A DNA stretch of 64,000 nt from an uncultured Candidatus Saccharibacteria bacterium (GTDB lineage: Bacteria; Patescibacteriota; Minisyncoccia; Phycocordibacterales; SW-6-46-9). This document shows, piece by piece, positions 20,324 to 30,726 of this stretch; position 1 is the first letter of the stretch, and each line of letters begins with the position of its first letter. The translations under genes and the position numbers were made by a program. The notes under the pieces are model-generated. The model was not told the DNA's origin. It made no database searches and saw nothing but the letters and a program-made list of their open reading frames with translations. Location: assembly GCA_964534365.1 (NCBI GenBank), contig CAZHOI010000001.1, forward strand, positions 55,560 to 119,559, written 5' to 3'.

Positions 20324-21217
20324 TTAATTTTTTAGAACTTCTTTTATCGCCTTTTCAATTGAACCGTATTTAAATTTGAAATTTGATGACAACATTTTAG
20401 ACTTTACACACTGGCTAAGAGATAATTCTGAAACAAAGTCGCCTAAAAAAAGTTTGGATACCTCAACTGGGACCGGAATAACTTTTGATTTAGTTTGACG
20501 AGCAATTTCGCGGCTAAACTCTCCATAAGTAGAGATTCGGGGAGCAACGGCATTGATAACCGGCGGCGCCAGCGGTTCTGCCATCGCTTCCAGATAAATT
20601 TTTACAGCATCATATTGATGAATCCAAGAAAAACACACTTGTCCATTTATTGGTCGAGGCACAATACGTAAACCAGTAGTCGATTTAAAAACTTTCATCA
20701 AGCCGCCCAAACCTATGATGTGGCCATTTCGAATGATAGTTGTTCTAACTCCATATGACTCGGCCTCGCGAGCGGAAGCTTCCCAATCTCGAGCCACTCG
20801 AGCCAAGAAATTGTCGCCTAGGTCAGAGCGTTCATCAACGTTAACCGTTCCGGAATCGCCATAAATTCCAATTGCCGAGGCTGATACCAAGGCTTCAGGT
20901 CGAAATATGGGATTTTTGAAAAACTTTACTAGATTTCTGGTACCGTCAATTCGTGAATTGTAAATAAGCTCTTTTTTACTGGTATTCCAACGTCCAAATA
21001 TTGGCTCGCCAGCCAGATTGATTACATAATTTGGTTTTTCTAAATAGTGATGTTCAGGAATACCCTCTGCCAAATCAGCCTCGACAAACATCATCTGACC
21101 ACGTTGAGGTGGCGCAATGTCTAGCGAAACTACATCAAAGCCAGAACTTAGTAACTGCTCGCCAATTAACGTCCCTAAAAATCCAGATCCGCCTGTTATT
21201 ACTACCTTTTTATTCAT
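20324..21217 (-). CDS. NAD-dependent epimerase/dehydratase-like SDR (YfcH/TIGR01777 type)
   Basis: VVITGGSGFLGTLIGEQL Rossmann motif; 297 aa with a DUF1731-like C-terminal part. Confidence 0.7.
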   Translation of the reverse strand: MNKKVVITGGSGFLGTLIGEQLLSSGFDVVSLDIAPPQRGQMMFVEADLAEGIPEHHYLEKPNYVINLAGEPIFGRWNTSKKELIYNSRIDGTRNLVKFFKNPIFRPEALVSASAIGIYGDSGTVNVDERSDLGDNFLARVARDWEASAREAESYGVRTTIIRNGHIIGLGGLMKVFKSTTGLRIVPRPINGQVCFSWIHQYDAVKIYLEAMAEPLAPPVINAVAPRISTYGEFSREIARQTKSKVIPVPVEVSKLFLGDFVSELSLSQCVKSKMLSSNFKFKYGSIEKAIKEVLKN

Positions 21218-21291
21218 TTAAATCAGTATAACAAATAGTTTAGCGCCTAAATCTAGCAGCGAAATACATTATTTATTGCTAATCTAGATCA

Positions 21292-22140
21292 ATGAGAATA
21301 TCCAGACTATTAAAAATAAGTCGACCAAGATTTTGGTTATATGAATTTGGTACTTATTTAGTTGGGTTGGTAATTGGCGCTAGCTTTATAAATTCAAATG
21401 ACTATATAGCTCTGTTTATATTTGGATTATTTTTTTTAATTCCAGCAAATATTTACATTTACGCAATTAACGATATCTATGATTATGAAACGGATAAGCT
21501 TAATGTAAAAAAGGGCGATTATGAAGCTTTGGTAACTCCCATTGAACAGTCAAAATTATGGCAATGGATCTTAGCGACTAATTTACCGTTTGTGATTGCA
21601 GGATTTATGCTAGAGCTAAGTCTACCAGCTTGGTTTTGGCTAATAGCATTTTGGTTTTTTGCCGGCTTTTATTCTGCGCCCCCAATACGAGCTAAAACTA
21701 AACCAATTATTGATTCGTTATTTTCAGGAGCCCATTATGTAGCGACGGGTGTTTTTGCCTATGTCCTAGTCTCTGGTCTGGATCCAAACTGGCTTGCTAT
21801 TACTGGCGCGATGCTGTGGACGACAGCAATGCATATTTATTCAGCTATCCCCGATATTCAGGCTGACAAAGAGGCAGGGATGAAAACTTTTGCCATTTTA
21901 CTGGGGGCAAGAAATACTATATTACTGTGTACTATTTGCTATGGTTTATCGGCCGCGATATTAGCACTGTTCACCCATCCAGTTATCGGTATCATTTTAT
22001 TCTTGCCATATGTATGGTTAATGTATCAATCTGATTTAGCCAGATCTGATTATAAAAAACTGTTCGCCCTGTATAAAAAATTCCCTTTACTTAATGCAAT
22101 CGTTGGTATGACCCTTTTCTTTATATTCCTTTTATACTGA
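21292..22140 (+). CDS. UbiA-family prenyltransferase (possibly carotenoid/isoprenoid modifying)
   Basis: Polytopic membrane protein with the NDIYDYETDKLN (NDxxDxxxD) motif. Located next to crtI/crtB. Confidence 0.7.
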   Translation: MRISRLLKISRPRFWLYEFGTYLVGLVIGASFINSNDYIALFIFGLFFLIPANIYIYAINDIYDYETDKLNVKKGDYEALVTPIEQSKLWQWILATNLPFVIAGFMLELSLPAWFWLIAFWFFAGFYSAPPIRAKTKPIIDSLFSGAHYVATGVFAYVLVSGLDPNWLAITGAMLWTTAMHIYSAIPDIQADKEAGMKTFAILLGARNTILLCTICYGLSAAILALFTHPVIGIILFLPYVWLMYQSDLARSDYKKLFALYKKFPLLNAIVGMTLFFIFLLY

Positions 22141-22366
22141 TTACACCACAGATTTAACAACCCATTGGGTAACTGTCACCCACCCCACCATAGTATTCAT
22201 TATGGCGATATATCACCATACAATCTCCGCGGTGTAAAGCTATCTATCATTTAGTGATTCTAGTCCTTTGTGGCTATAAACTTGCTTTATCATCTATCAT
22301 TAAACTCTCTTCCCTTTGTAGTCCCATCCATTACTTTTGGTATTATATATAACACTAGAGTTGTCT

Positions 22367-22410
22367 TATTGAATGTAGAATGTAGATGTAAATTGAATGT
22401 AGAATGTCAA
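22367..22410. repeat. Direct repeat TTGAATGTAGAATGT x2 in non-coding region
   Basis: ttgaatgtagaatgt agatgtaaa ttgaatgtagaatgt, read from the sequence. Confidence 0.7.
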
Positions 22411-22525
22411 TTAATAAATTGGTTACTGCAAAGTCTTCCAACATAACAGAAAATCCCATCGTAAAACAGAATTTTCTGCGAGGGATTACGTTTATTTCAA
22501 CACCCTTATTTGTAAAATGCCAAGC

Positions 22526-22971
22526 CTACTCCCCGGCCAATGTTTTTAAGAGGCTTGGACCAACAATTGCGTTGGGGACCTCAAAACTTAGGACCATTTG
22601 CGCTAGCTGATAATCATTGCCATAAGAGCCTTTACGCCAAATTACCAGCCCAGAGCTGCGGAAGCGTCCATAAGCCTCGCTATTTAGCATCTGGAAAAAA
22701 GTGTAGAAGCACCTTTGACCAGGTACCAAATGCTCTATCACTGACGTGCAACGATCTGGCTCAATTTCCATCCAGAATCAGATTCACGCAGAAGTTTTCG
22801 CACCTCTTGAATGTCCCACACTTCACCCTCGTCGGTTCCAATCCATTCTGCATACGGTTCAGATATATAATTCAGCATTAAATCATCCTTTTCTGCGAGG
22901 ATTTGCCAGTGCCATTTTAGAAATCTATTCACGTCTTGAAAAGCCTTATCAACAGGAGTAAGGTGCTTCAT
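22526..22971 (-). pseudogene. Possible frameshifted remnant gene (two adjacent minus-strand ORFs in different frames)
   Basis: ORFs 22738..22971 and 22526..22771 abut in different frames. No recognisable family. Sits within a ~0.9 kb poorly coding stretch downstream of crtI. Confidence 0.2.
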
Positions 22972-23082
22972 TTTATTAAGGGCTTGGAAGAACCTGGGCG
23001 ATCCAGGCTTCCGTTTATTGTCATGAATTTATGAAAACAAACAGAAACCTAGCAGCATCTATTTTGTTTTATACAACAAATC

Positions 23083-24633
23083 TTATCGATTAACGAGATC
23101 CGAAACCTTTAAGGGTCTAGGATGATTGATGTTTCGAATGCGTTTATAAGCGTTCTGTCCGGATATGGCAGCAATTGACGTGCCGATACCAGGATTGGTT
23201 CCCGCACCACAAAAATACAAATTGGAGATGTTTTTGTGAACGTTATTGGGACGAAATACGGTTGATTGCATCATGGTATGCGCCAATCCCAACCCAGTTC
23301 CCTGCGGGGCGTGATAGCGAGCTTTGAAATCGGAATAGGTAAAAACCCTTTCGAATTCAATTCTTTTTTTAAAATTCTCTATACCCATTTCAGCTTCGAT
23401 CAACTGATAAATTCTATCTTTAAACTCTTCCTTAAATTCGGGCGTCATCGATAATCCAGGAGCCACAGGACATAATATGTATAGATTCTCCTTGCCCGGC
23501 GGTGCCACATCGGGATCGGTTTTCGAAGTAACACATACATAAAAAGACGGGTCTTCTGGCCAAATTCGCTCTGTAAAAATTTCCGAAAATCCTTTTTCCC
23601 AATCTTTTTGAAATCGAAAATTATGATGGATTAATTCAGGGACATCGCCATCTATACCTAGATAGATTAGGAATGCACTAGGGGCATAAACTCGTTTGTC
23701 CCAGTACTTATCAGAATATTGCTGATATTTTTTCGGTAGTAATTGCTGGTCAGTCCAAGTGATATCAGCGTTCGAGATTACATTTTTGGCCTGGATCACT
23801 TCCCCATTAATTAGTCGTACTCCAGTAGCCTGGTGGTTTTTAATCAAGATTTCCCCTACTTCGCTGTTAACAAGATATTTAGCGCCATAACTTTCTCCAA
23901 TTTTTTTATATAGTTTTATTAGCTCGTAGTAACCACCTTGTGGGTAGTACACTCCACCAGCAAAATCTATGTGATTCATCAACGTGTAGAGCGCGGGGGT
24001 GTTTTTTGGGTCTGAACCAATAAAAATCAAAACGTACTCTAGAATCTTGATTAGTTCTGGGGAATTAAATTCCCGCTTTACAACAGAATGAACTGATTTT
24101 ACTAAATCGCTCAGATTACCCAGGTTTTTACCACGATTGACTAGGTCGCGGTTGAAAAAGTCGCCAAGACCCTGATAATTTCGGTACATAAATAAATCAT
24201 AACCAAGCTGATATTTTTCTTTTGCTTCTTCAAGCCAGGTTTTTAATTTATTACTTGATCCTGGTTCCAGTTCTTCAAATAGTTCATATATTCGGTTCAG
24301 ATCACCACTAGGGACATCGATAAATTCTCGATCTGATCCAGCGTCAAATACTCGATAAGCAGGGTCAAGCGGTACCAAATTCAGTTCATTATGTATATCA
24401 ACATCAAACAACTTAAAAGTTTGTTCCCATACATCCAATTGCATAAACCAACTAGGCCCCATGTCAAAAAAATACCCGTCAGTTTCAAAATAACTAGCCC
24501 GACCGCCAACATGGTCATTTTTCTCGAGCACTAAAACCGAATCCCCATTACGAGCCAGTAAATTGGCCAAAGTTAATCCGGCGATACCTGAACCAATAAT
24601 TAAGTGATCATAGACTAGTTTATAATCGGTCAT
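23083..24633 (-). CDS. crtI: Phytoene desaturase family protein (CrtI/CrtN-like)
   Basis: FAD-binding N-terminus HLIIGSGIAGLTLANLLARNGDSVLVLEKNDHVGGRA; 516 aa; typical CrtI-family length and C-terminal region. Confidence 0.8.
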   Translation of the reverse strand: MTDYKLVYDHLIIGSGIAGLTLANLLARNGDSVLVLEKNDHVGGRASYFETDGYFFDMGPSWFMQLDVWEQTFKLFDVDIHNELNLVPLDPAYRVFDAGSDREFIDVPSGDLNRIYELFEELEPGSSNKLKTWLEEAKEKYQLGYDLFMYRNYQGLGDFFNRDLVNRGKNLGNLSDLVKSVHSVVKREFNSPELIKILEYVLIFIGSDPKNTPALYTLMNHIDFAGGVYYPQGGYYELIKLYKKIGESYGAKYLVNSEVGEILIKNHQATGVRLINGEVIQAKNVISNADITWTDQQLLPKKYQQYSDKYWDKRVYAPSAFLIYLGIDGDVPELIHHNFRFQKDWEKGFSEIFTERIWPEDPSFYVCVTSKTDPDVAPPGKENLYILCPVAPGLSMTPEFKEEFKDRIYQLIEAEMGIENFKKRIEFERVFTYSDFKARYHAPQGTGLGLAHTMMQSTVFRPNNVHKNISNLYFCGAGTNPGIGTSIAAISGQNAYKRIRNINHPRPLKVSDLVNR

Positions 24634-25504
24634 ATTTGCGGTTGTAATACCAAACGTTTTTCATGGTTTTGATTTTTTCCAGCTTGGCAGGTTCAAATTG
24701 CGGTGCGGTAAAAACATCATAATCATTCCTCTCTATTTGACCTAGAATATCCTCGTATATTTCGGCCGCCATTCTGATTGGCAATCGTGACGAATGTGGC
24801 AAGAAATTAATATACGGTATCGCCTCTTCATACCACGTATGAGCAATTTCTATATAGTATTTGATTAATGCCCTAATATTTTCAGTGGTTCTCAGTTCAA
24901 GCAAATCCTCCTCGTTAACACCAAACTTTTTCATATCCTCATTAGCCAAATAGATACGATTACGAATTGTAATATCCTCGCGCACGTCACGTATGAAATT
25001 TGTTAACTGCATTGCATCACCTAATAATTTGGCGCCCCGCAATGTTTCGTCACCGCCTCGATACCCAACAATATGCGAGACTATCAACCCGATGACCGAA
25101 GCTGATCCATACATATAATCTTTTAATTCAGCAAATGTTTCATATCGGGGTTTCTCTAAATCTTGAGCCATCGCGGCTAAAAAATCCTCGGAATAGGAAA
25201 AAGGAATATTATATCGTTGCCACACATGTGCCGCTGCTCGCAGAACTGGCGAATCAGATGGCTGACCCTGATACGTATCAATCCAATCTTGTGCCCATTG
25301 CCCTAGTTTTAAAATAGGTTTTTCTACAGTTGGATCATCTACAATTTGATCAGAAACTCTGACAAAAGCATAAATTATCCATATTGCTTTGCGAATTTCG
25401 CGCGGGTAAAATCTTGAGGCATTGTAATAATTAAAACTATACTGTTTGACTATATTACGACAATATTCGACATCTTGATCTTTAAATTCGCTAATAAAAT
25501 CCAT
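24620..25504 (-). CDS. crtB: Phytoene/squalene (dehydrosqualene) synthase (CrtB/CrtM-like)
   Basis: Trans-isoprenyl diphosphate synthase head-to-head family: YAFVRVSDQIVDD (DxxxD) and a second aspartate-rich region; 294 aa. Overlaps crtI by 14 nt. Confidence 0.8.
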   Translation of the reverse strand: MDFISEFKDQDVEYCRNIVKQYSFNYYNASRFYPREIRKAIWIIYAFVRVSDQIVDDPTVEKPILKLGQWAQDWIDTYQGQPSDSPVLRAAAHVWQRYNIPFSYSEDFLAAMAQDLEKPRYETFAELKDYMYGSASVIGLIVSHIVGYRGGDETLRGAKLLGDAMQLTNFIRDVREDITIRNRIYLANEDMKKFGVNEEDLLELRTTENIRALIKYYIEIAHTWYEEAIPYINFLPHSSRLPIRMAAEIYEDILGQIERNDYDVFTAPQFEPAKLEKIKTMKNVWYYNRKYDRL

Positions 25505-25615
25505 TTGAAATAGTATAACAATTATTTTGTTTAATTAGGTAGTTTTTATTGATTTGCAGATAACTAGTACTAGAACTAATTTATTGACCGTTACTAAATG
25601 ATGAATTTGTCATAA

Positions 25616-27169
25616 TCAAGTGTGGCGACACAAAATTTCGTTTTTATCGTTCGCAGAATAATAAGGCTGCAATTTTGTCAGTCGCGATAATTCTGCTGTA
25701 GCCAAAGCCAATTTTTGGTCCAAGCCAGACATTCGATCCAAGTGTGATGTGGTACGTGACATACGAGCGTTTTGTTCCATAAAATCTCGATGCAGGTGCA
25801 TAAATCGCCAGTACATCGCATCCCATTTGGCTGACCAATGATCAGGATCACTTTGATCACGGCGATAATTGCTCATCTTGGCAATATAATTCGAGCTAGA
25901 GATATATGGTTTGGTAGCCATGATTCCTCCATCTGCAAATAGTCCCATTGAATAAACATTTGGCACCATCACCCAATCATAGGCATCTATAAACATTTCC
26001 ATAAACCACCCGTACACGTGATCTGGATCAAATTCTGCCAAAACACAAAAATTAGCAACTATCATCAAACGCTCAATATGATGAGTATAGGCAGTTTTTC
26101 TAACTTTTTTTATTACTTGATCAATTGGTTTAATTCCAATCTTCTCGCCATTCCAAAAATTAATTGGTAGTGGTTGAGAATGTTTGAAAAAGTTTTTATT
26201 CCTCATCTCAACCCCGCGGTGTAAATACAACCCGTGCATAAATTCGCGCCAACCAATCAATTGCCTAATAAACCCCTCGACTGAATTGATCGGTATATTA
26301 TTTGTTTCCGCATATTGTAGAGATCGATTAATAACATATTTTACTTCTAATAATCCGGTGTTGATTAATGGCGACAAGGCTGAATGAAATAAAATAGATT
26401 CTGATTCCTTTTGAATCGCATCTTCATAAGGGCCAAAATCTTGAAATCGGTTACTAAGGAATTCTTCAAACCAATTAATAGCTGCAACATGATCGGCTGG
26501 AAACCAAAACTGATCAGCTTGACCTGGATGATCCGAGAATTCAGCCCTTACATAATTTATCGCTTGCTTGACGTATTCGCTAGAATTTGATTTTGGATTG
26601 TTGGGCAAAATTATATTTTTGGGTAGAGGTTTACGATTAAGTTGATCGTAATTCCATTGATTACCAACAGGCTGATTATCATCAGTCATTAAAAACCCGC
26701 GCTTAATTCGTTCACTGCGGTACCAGCTCTCCATTCGGAAATTCTTGACGTCTCGATTGAAATAATCTGCTAGTTCTGACCTAGTATTCAAGAATAATGG
26801 AGATTCAAGCCATTTAAAGTTGCAATGATTATCACTTTTAACCCAGGCGTTAATTCTTCTTTCAAGTAAATAATCAGATGGATAATAGGCTTTTATATCA
26901 GTGTACCCAGCCTTTATAGCCTGGTCGAGTACGGTGATACTATTATCCAGTTCACTATGATTTAAATAGCGAACCTGATAGGTTCCATAATCATTCAATT
27001 TGTCATACAAGGCCTTCATAGACGCTCGATGTAAAACTAGTTTTTGCTGATGATATTTAAAATGAGAGAAAAATAAAGGCTCCTCGACAAACCAAATAGC
27101 CGACACTCCCTGGTAATGCCGTTTATCAAAAAATACTGAATTTGGATAAACCAGATGCAGCGTTGACAT
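25616..27169 (-). CDS. Cryptochrome/photolyase-family protein of the FeS-BCP / (6-4) photolyase-related (COG3046) type
   Basis: C-terminal FAD-binding photolyase helical domain (WREFMHGLY, FMEMFIDAYDWVMVPNVY...MATKPYISSSNYI). ORF track start 27217 overlaps cls; the Met at 27169 (MSTLHLVYPNS...) is the more likely start. Confidence 0.7.
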   Translation of the reverse strand: MSTLHLVYPNSVFFDKRHYQGVSAIWFVEEPLFFSHFKYHQQKLVLHRASMKALYDKLNDYGTYQVRYLNHSELDNSITVLDQAIKAGYTDIKAYYPSDYLLERRINAWVKSDNHCNFKWLESPLFLNTRSELADYFNRDVKNFRMESWYRSERIKRGFLMTDDNQPVGNQWNYDQLNRKPLPKNIILPNNPKSNSSEYVKQAINYVRAEFSDHPGQADQFWFPADHVAAINWFEEFLSNRFQDFGPYEDAIQKESESILFHSALSPLINTGLLEVKYVINRSLQYAETNNIPINSVEGFIRQLIGWREFMHGLYLHRGVEMRNKNFFKHSQPLPINFWNGEKIGIKPIDQVIKKVRKTAYTHHIERLMIVANFCVLAEFDPDHVYGWFMEMFIDAYDWVMVPNVYSMGLFADGGIMATKPYISSSNYIAKMSNYRRDQSDPDHWSAKWDAMYWRFMHLHRDFMEQNARMSRTTSHLDRMSGLDQKLALATAELSRLTKLQPYYSANDKNEILCRHT

Positions 27170-27171
27170 AT

Positions 27172-28260
27172 TTAGGTAATGAACACTAAAATCCGACCCA
27201 GGAATCGCTGCCACCAAGACGGGCGAACATCTTGCAGCATCTCTTCATCAACATAATAATAATCACCCCCCAACCATCGATTCACTTGTGAATTTATTAA
27301 CTCGACTTTGGAACCTTCTTCAAAGTCAATATTAAGTTCGTGATTAAATACCAGGCTAAGGTAATCAAGGTTGGTAGAACCAAAACTGGCCCAATTATCA
27401 GCCGTAACAATTTTGGCGTGGTTCATATGATCGGTGAAATAGATTTTGAGTCCCAGGGGTTGAAGCTGTTTTAAATACCACCACCGAGCCCAATCAGCCA
27501 AGCCATGATCGGTTTGTTTAGGAGTCAGTAATTTTATCTCTAATCCATCCTTTAATTTTTCTTTTAATACTCGATACAAACGAAGCGGAGGGGTAAAATA
27601 TGGTGTAACTAAGCATACTTTATTTTTGGCTACTAAAATATGTTCTGATATTTGCTCATAAACATGTCGATTACCAATACCTGGCGAGTTACCAACCAGC
27701 CTAATTTCAGGTGATAATTTGGAAAACGGTGCAATAGACCTTTTTCCGGTGACCAAGCGTTCATGCTGTTTAATTAATTCAGAATGCAGCTCTTCTCCAA
27801 ACTGATTTGAATCAATCCGCCAGTTATAATCTTGCCAATCACGAAACTCTTCTTTCATTACCGTACCACCAATCCAGCTAATTTGCTGATCAATTAATAG
27901 AACTTTGCGGTGATTCCTTACAAAAAAACGGATTGGAGTAGTGGCATTTCGCAACGGAATAGTTTGATAAAAATTCAGCTCTACTCCACTGTTTCGGAGC
28001 CGCTTTTTCAAACCTTTATTTTTCAACAAAGAAATACTGCCTACCGCGTCCAGATTAAGCGCCACATCTACTCCCTTTTCGGCCGCGGCGATAAATGCCT
28101 TCACAAATTCTAAACCAATTTGACCTTCACTAAATGACAAGAAAATAAATTGCTCGAACACTATTGATTTATTGGCTGCATTAATATCATCAAGCATTTT
28201 TTGCCAAGTTTCTTCAGCAAGATTAAAAACTTTTATTTGTGAATTAAGTAACTCGGACAT
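27172..28260 (-). CDS. cls: Phospholipase D-family protein (cardiolipin synthase-like)
   Basis: Two HKD motifs: HRKVLLID and HAKIVTADNWASFGSTNLD; 362 aa. Confidence 0.8.
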   Translation of the reverse strand: MSELLNSQIKVFNLAEETWQKMLDDINAANKSIVFEQFIFLSFSEGQIGLEFVKAFIAAAEKGVDVALNLDAVGSISLLKNKGLKKRLRNSGVELNFYQTIPLRNATTPIRFFVRNHRKVLLIDQQISWIGGTVMKEEFRDWQDYNWRIDSNQFGEELHSELIKQHERLVTGKRSIAPFSKLSPEIRLVGNSPGIGNRHVYEQISEHILVAKNKVCLVTPYFTPPLRLYRVLKEKLKDGLEIKLLTPKQTDHGLADWARWWYLKQLQPLGLKIYFTDHMNHAKIVTADNWASFGSTNLDYLSLVFNHELNIDFEEGSKVELINSQVNRWLGGDYYYVDEEMLQDVRPSWWQRFLGRILVFIT

Positions 28261-28261
28261 A

Positions 28262-29665
28262 TTAATTAATTAGTCTAAACCAACGAGCTATGATGGATTT
28301 TACGCGTGGAGTTAAGGATTGCTCGCTTTGGTCGTGTAGTAAAACTGACTGCCACACCTGACCCATGGTGGGATAAGCATAAAATTTATTGCGCAAACTA
28401 GCAATAGATAAATTATTTTCCTGGGCCAGCATTAACTCCTGAATTAATTCTCCAGCCTTGGGGGCTACTACCGTACCACCGCACATTCGCTCTCTGCGTG
28501 AGTAGGGTTTTTTAGCGACTAACAACTGGTAAGCGGCGTCTTGATAATCATCAGTCATAGCTCGATCATTATCAGCAAAATCACCTTTAATGATTCTAAA
28601 CTTAACACCTTGTTTGCGCAGTTGCTTGATCGAATAACCGAACGTGGCTACTTCATAATTTGTAAAAGTAATCCAAGGTACTATTTTTTTACGCGGTTGG
28701 CAGGTTTTAAATGGGTTCAGCCAGTTGCGTAAATTGGTACGAGCGTGCTCTTCGGCCATGTGCGAAAACAAAGGGTCACGACTGGCATCTCCGGCAAATA
28801 TAATTGAGCTATTAGATTCGGACCGTCGAGCTGAATCTAAAATCGGCTGACCCTGATTATCAGTTTTTATTTGTGCAGCTGCTAAATTTAATTCTTTATA
28901 ATCATAAACCCGACCTACCGCCATTAGTAGATGACTTACTGATTCAGAAAGTTTGGTGGTTTCATTTTTATCAGCTTGTTTAATATGCAGCCGGTTGCCG
29001 TAATCAATTTTTTCAACCTCACTATTCAAACATACTACTACCCCAGCCTGGGCAAGCTTTTTGCAAATTAAATTACCCGCAAAATCTGGATCTTTGTCCA
29101 GCAAATGAGGACCTCGCTCTAACAGAGTCACTTTGATACCTAGATTTATAAATGCCTGCGCCATTTCGCAACCAATGGGACCACCGCCAATAATTGCCAA
29201 ATGAGTTGGATTTTTAATATCAAACAGCTGTTCATTAGTAACTACTATCGTACTACCATGATTTTCAACCTCGATCGTTCGCGGCCGAGATCCAGTGGCA
29301 ACTACAATTTTGTGACTAGTATATTCATTACCAGCCACTTTAATCTGATTTCTGCCAATAAATTGGGCAGTTCCAAATATTAAATCAACTCCTTTGGCTT
29401 GAAGTTGACCAGGTGATTCCTGGAGCAATACCTTCTGCTGCACGCTCTTAACATATTTAATTGCCTGATCAAATTTAGAATAATTGCGCGAGGCATATAA
29501 TAATGCCTTCGAAGGAATGCAGCCAGTATGCACACACTCACCACCAATTTTATTTTTGTTTTTATCTATAATTAAAACCTTTAAACCCAGTTCAGCGGCT
29601 GCCAATCCGGTAGCCAAACCGCCCGAGCCCGCTCCTATGCAGATAACATCGTAGCGGTTTTTCAT
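28262..29665 (-). CDS. FAD-dependent pyridine nucleotide-disulfide oxidoreductase (dihydrolipoamide dehydrogenase-like)
   Basis: ICIGAGSGGLATG FAD site, redox CVHTGCIPSK disulfide motif, NAD site IIGGGPIGCEMA; 467 aa. Confidence 0.75.
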   Translation of the reverse strand: MKNRYDVICIGAGSGGLATGLAAAELGLKVLIIDKNKNKIGGECVHTGCIPSKALLYASRNYSKFDQAIKYVKSVQQKVLLQESPGQLQAKGVDLIFGTAQFIGRNQIKVAGNEYTSHKIVVATGSRPRTIEVENHGSTIVVTNEQLFDIKNPTHLAIIGGGPIGCEMAQAFINLGIKVTLLERGPHLLDKDPDFAGNLICKKLAQAGVVVCLNSEVEKIDYGNRLHIKQADKNETTKLSESVSHLLMAVGRVYDYKELNLAAAQIKTDNQGQPILDSARRSESNSSIIFAGDASRDPLFSHMAEEHARTNLRNWLNPFKTCQPRKKIVPWITFTNYEVATFGYSIKQLRKQGVKFRIIKGDFADNDRAMTDDYQDAAYQLLVAKKPYSRRERMCGGTVVAPKAGELIQELMLAQENNLSIASLRNKFYAYPTMGQVWQSVLLHDQSEQSLTPRVKSIIARWFRLIN

Positions 29666-29732
29666 CCTTAATATTATAGCCTAGATTAACTAATTCTAAA
29701 TATTACCAATTTGTTATATAATTTAATTTGTA

Positions 29733-30710
29733 ATGGTTTTCGAAATACTAAAAAGTATCAAGGGTAAAAACCCTGCCCCACATCAATTAGATAGCAACTC
29801 TCAGTTGAAAGTTTCTGATTGTCAAAATGTTAAAGGAATTAAATTGCATTTCGAGGGAGTTCCAAATAATCGCGATGTCTACAACATTAGTGCCCCGTTT
29901 AATTATCAAGGGCGAACTTACTTAGCCGGTCGAGTTGAATCCCGCCAGGCCCAAGATTCAATATCAGGATTTTTTCGTCGAACTCAGCCTGGTATTTATA
30001 ATTTTTGTTCCGAGTTCCCCTTTTATAAATTAGAAGACCCATTTTTTACCTGGGTTGGTGATACGTTTATATTCGGCGGCGTAGAAATTGAAAAAAAGGG
30101 CGAGAGCTTGTCTTATCGCACCTTATTTCACCGCGGTTCTGGGCCTGATGATTTAGAAGACGAGCCGTTTGCTAAAGGTCCTGAAAATATGAAAGACATC
30201 CGAATCAAGCAGTTGCCTGACGGTCACATAATTGTGTTTACCAGACCACAAGGATTTATTGGCGGTCGCGGCAAAATTGGTATCACGATGCTTGACTCGC
30301 TAGAAGAATTAAAACCTGGAGTATTAGACAATGCCACTTTGCTCTATACAGGAATTGGCCAAGACGATTGGGGTGGCGTAAATGAAATCCATGTACTAGA
30401 CGATCAGTGGTTAGGACTGTTGGCCCATCAGGCAGAATTCAGAGATTGCAATAATGATGGCAATGACGATTGTCGGCGTTATGTAGCGACTACCTTTAAA
30501 TACAATTGGAAAACCGGACAGGTTACCCAGATGAAGAAAATTGCCAGTCGTGAACAATTTCCTACTGGACCTTCAAAACGACCAGATTTAGAAGACGTTA
30601 TTTTTGCCGGGGGGATAGTTAGACGCGATGATGGCATGGCGGAATTGTATTGTGGATTATCTGATACCGAAGCAGGCTATTTAGTTATTCCAGACCCTTT
30701 CAACGATTAG
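29733..30710 (+). CDS. Hypothetical protein, possibly GH130-like beta-propeller (DUF1861-type)
   Basis: 325 aa, no catalytic motif recognisable by eye. The family call is a weak similarity impression only. Confidence 0.35.
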   Translation: MVFEILKSIKGKNPAPHQLDSNSQLKVSDCQNVKGIKLHFEGVPNNRDVYNISAPFNYQGRTYLAGRVESRQAQDSISGFFRRTQPGIYNFCSEFPFYKLEDPFFTWVGDTFIFGGVEIEKKGESLSYRTLFHRGSGPDDLEDEPFAKGPENMKDIRIKQLPDGHIIVFTRPQGFIGGRGKIGITMLDSLEELKPGVLDNATLLYTGIGQDDWGGVNEIHVLDDQWLGLLAHQAEFRDCNNDGNDDCRRYVATTFKYNWKTGQVTQMKKIASREQFPTGPSKRPDLEDVIFAGGIVRRDDGMAELYCGLSDTEAGYLVIPDPFND

Positions 30711-30726
30711 CTGCTGGTAAATCTTT

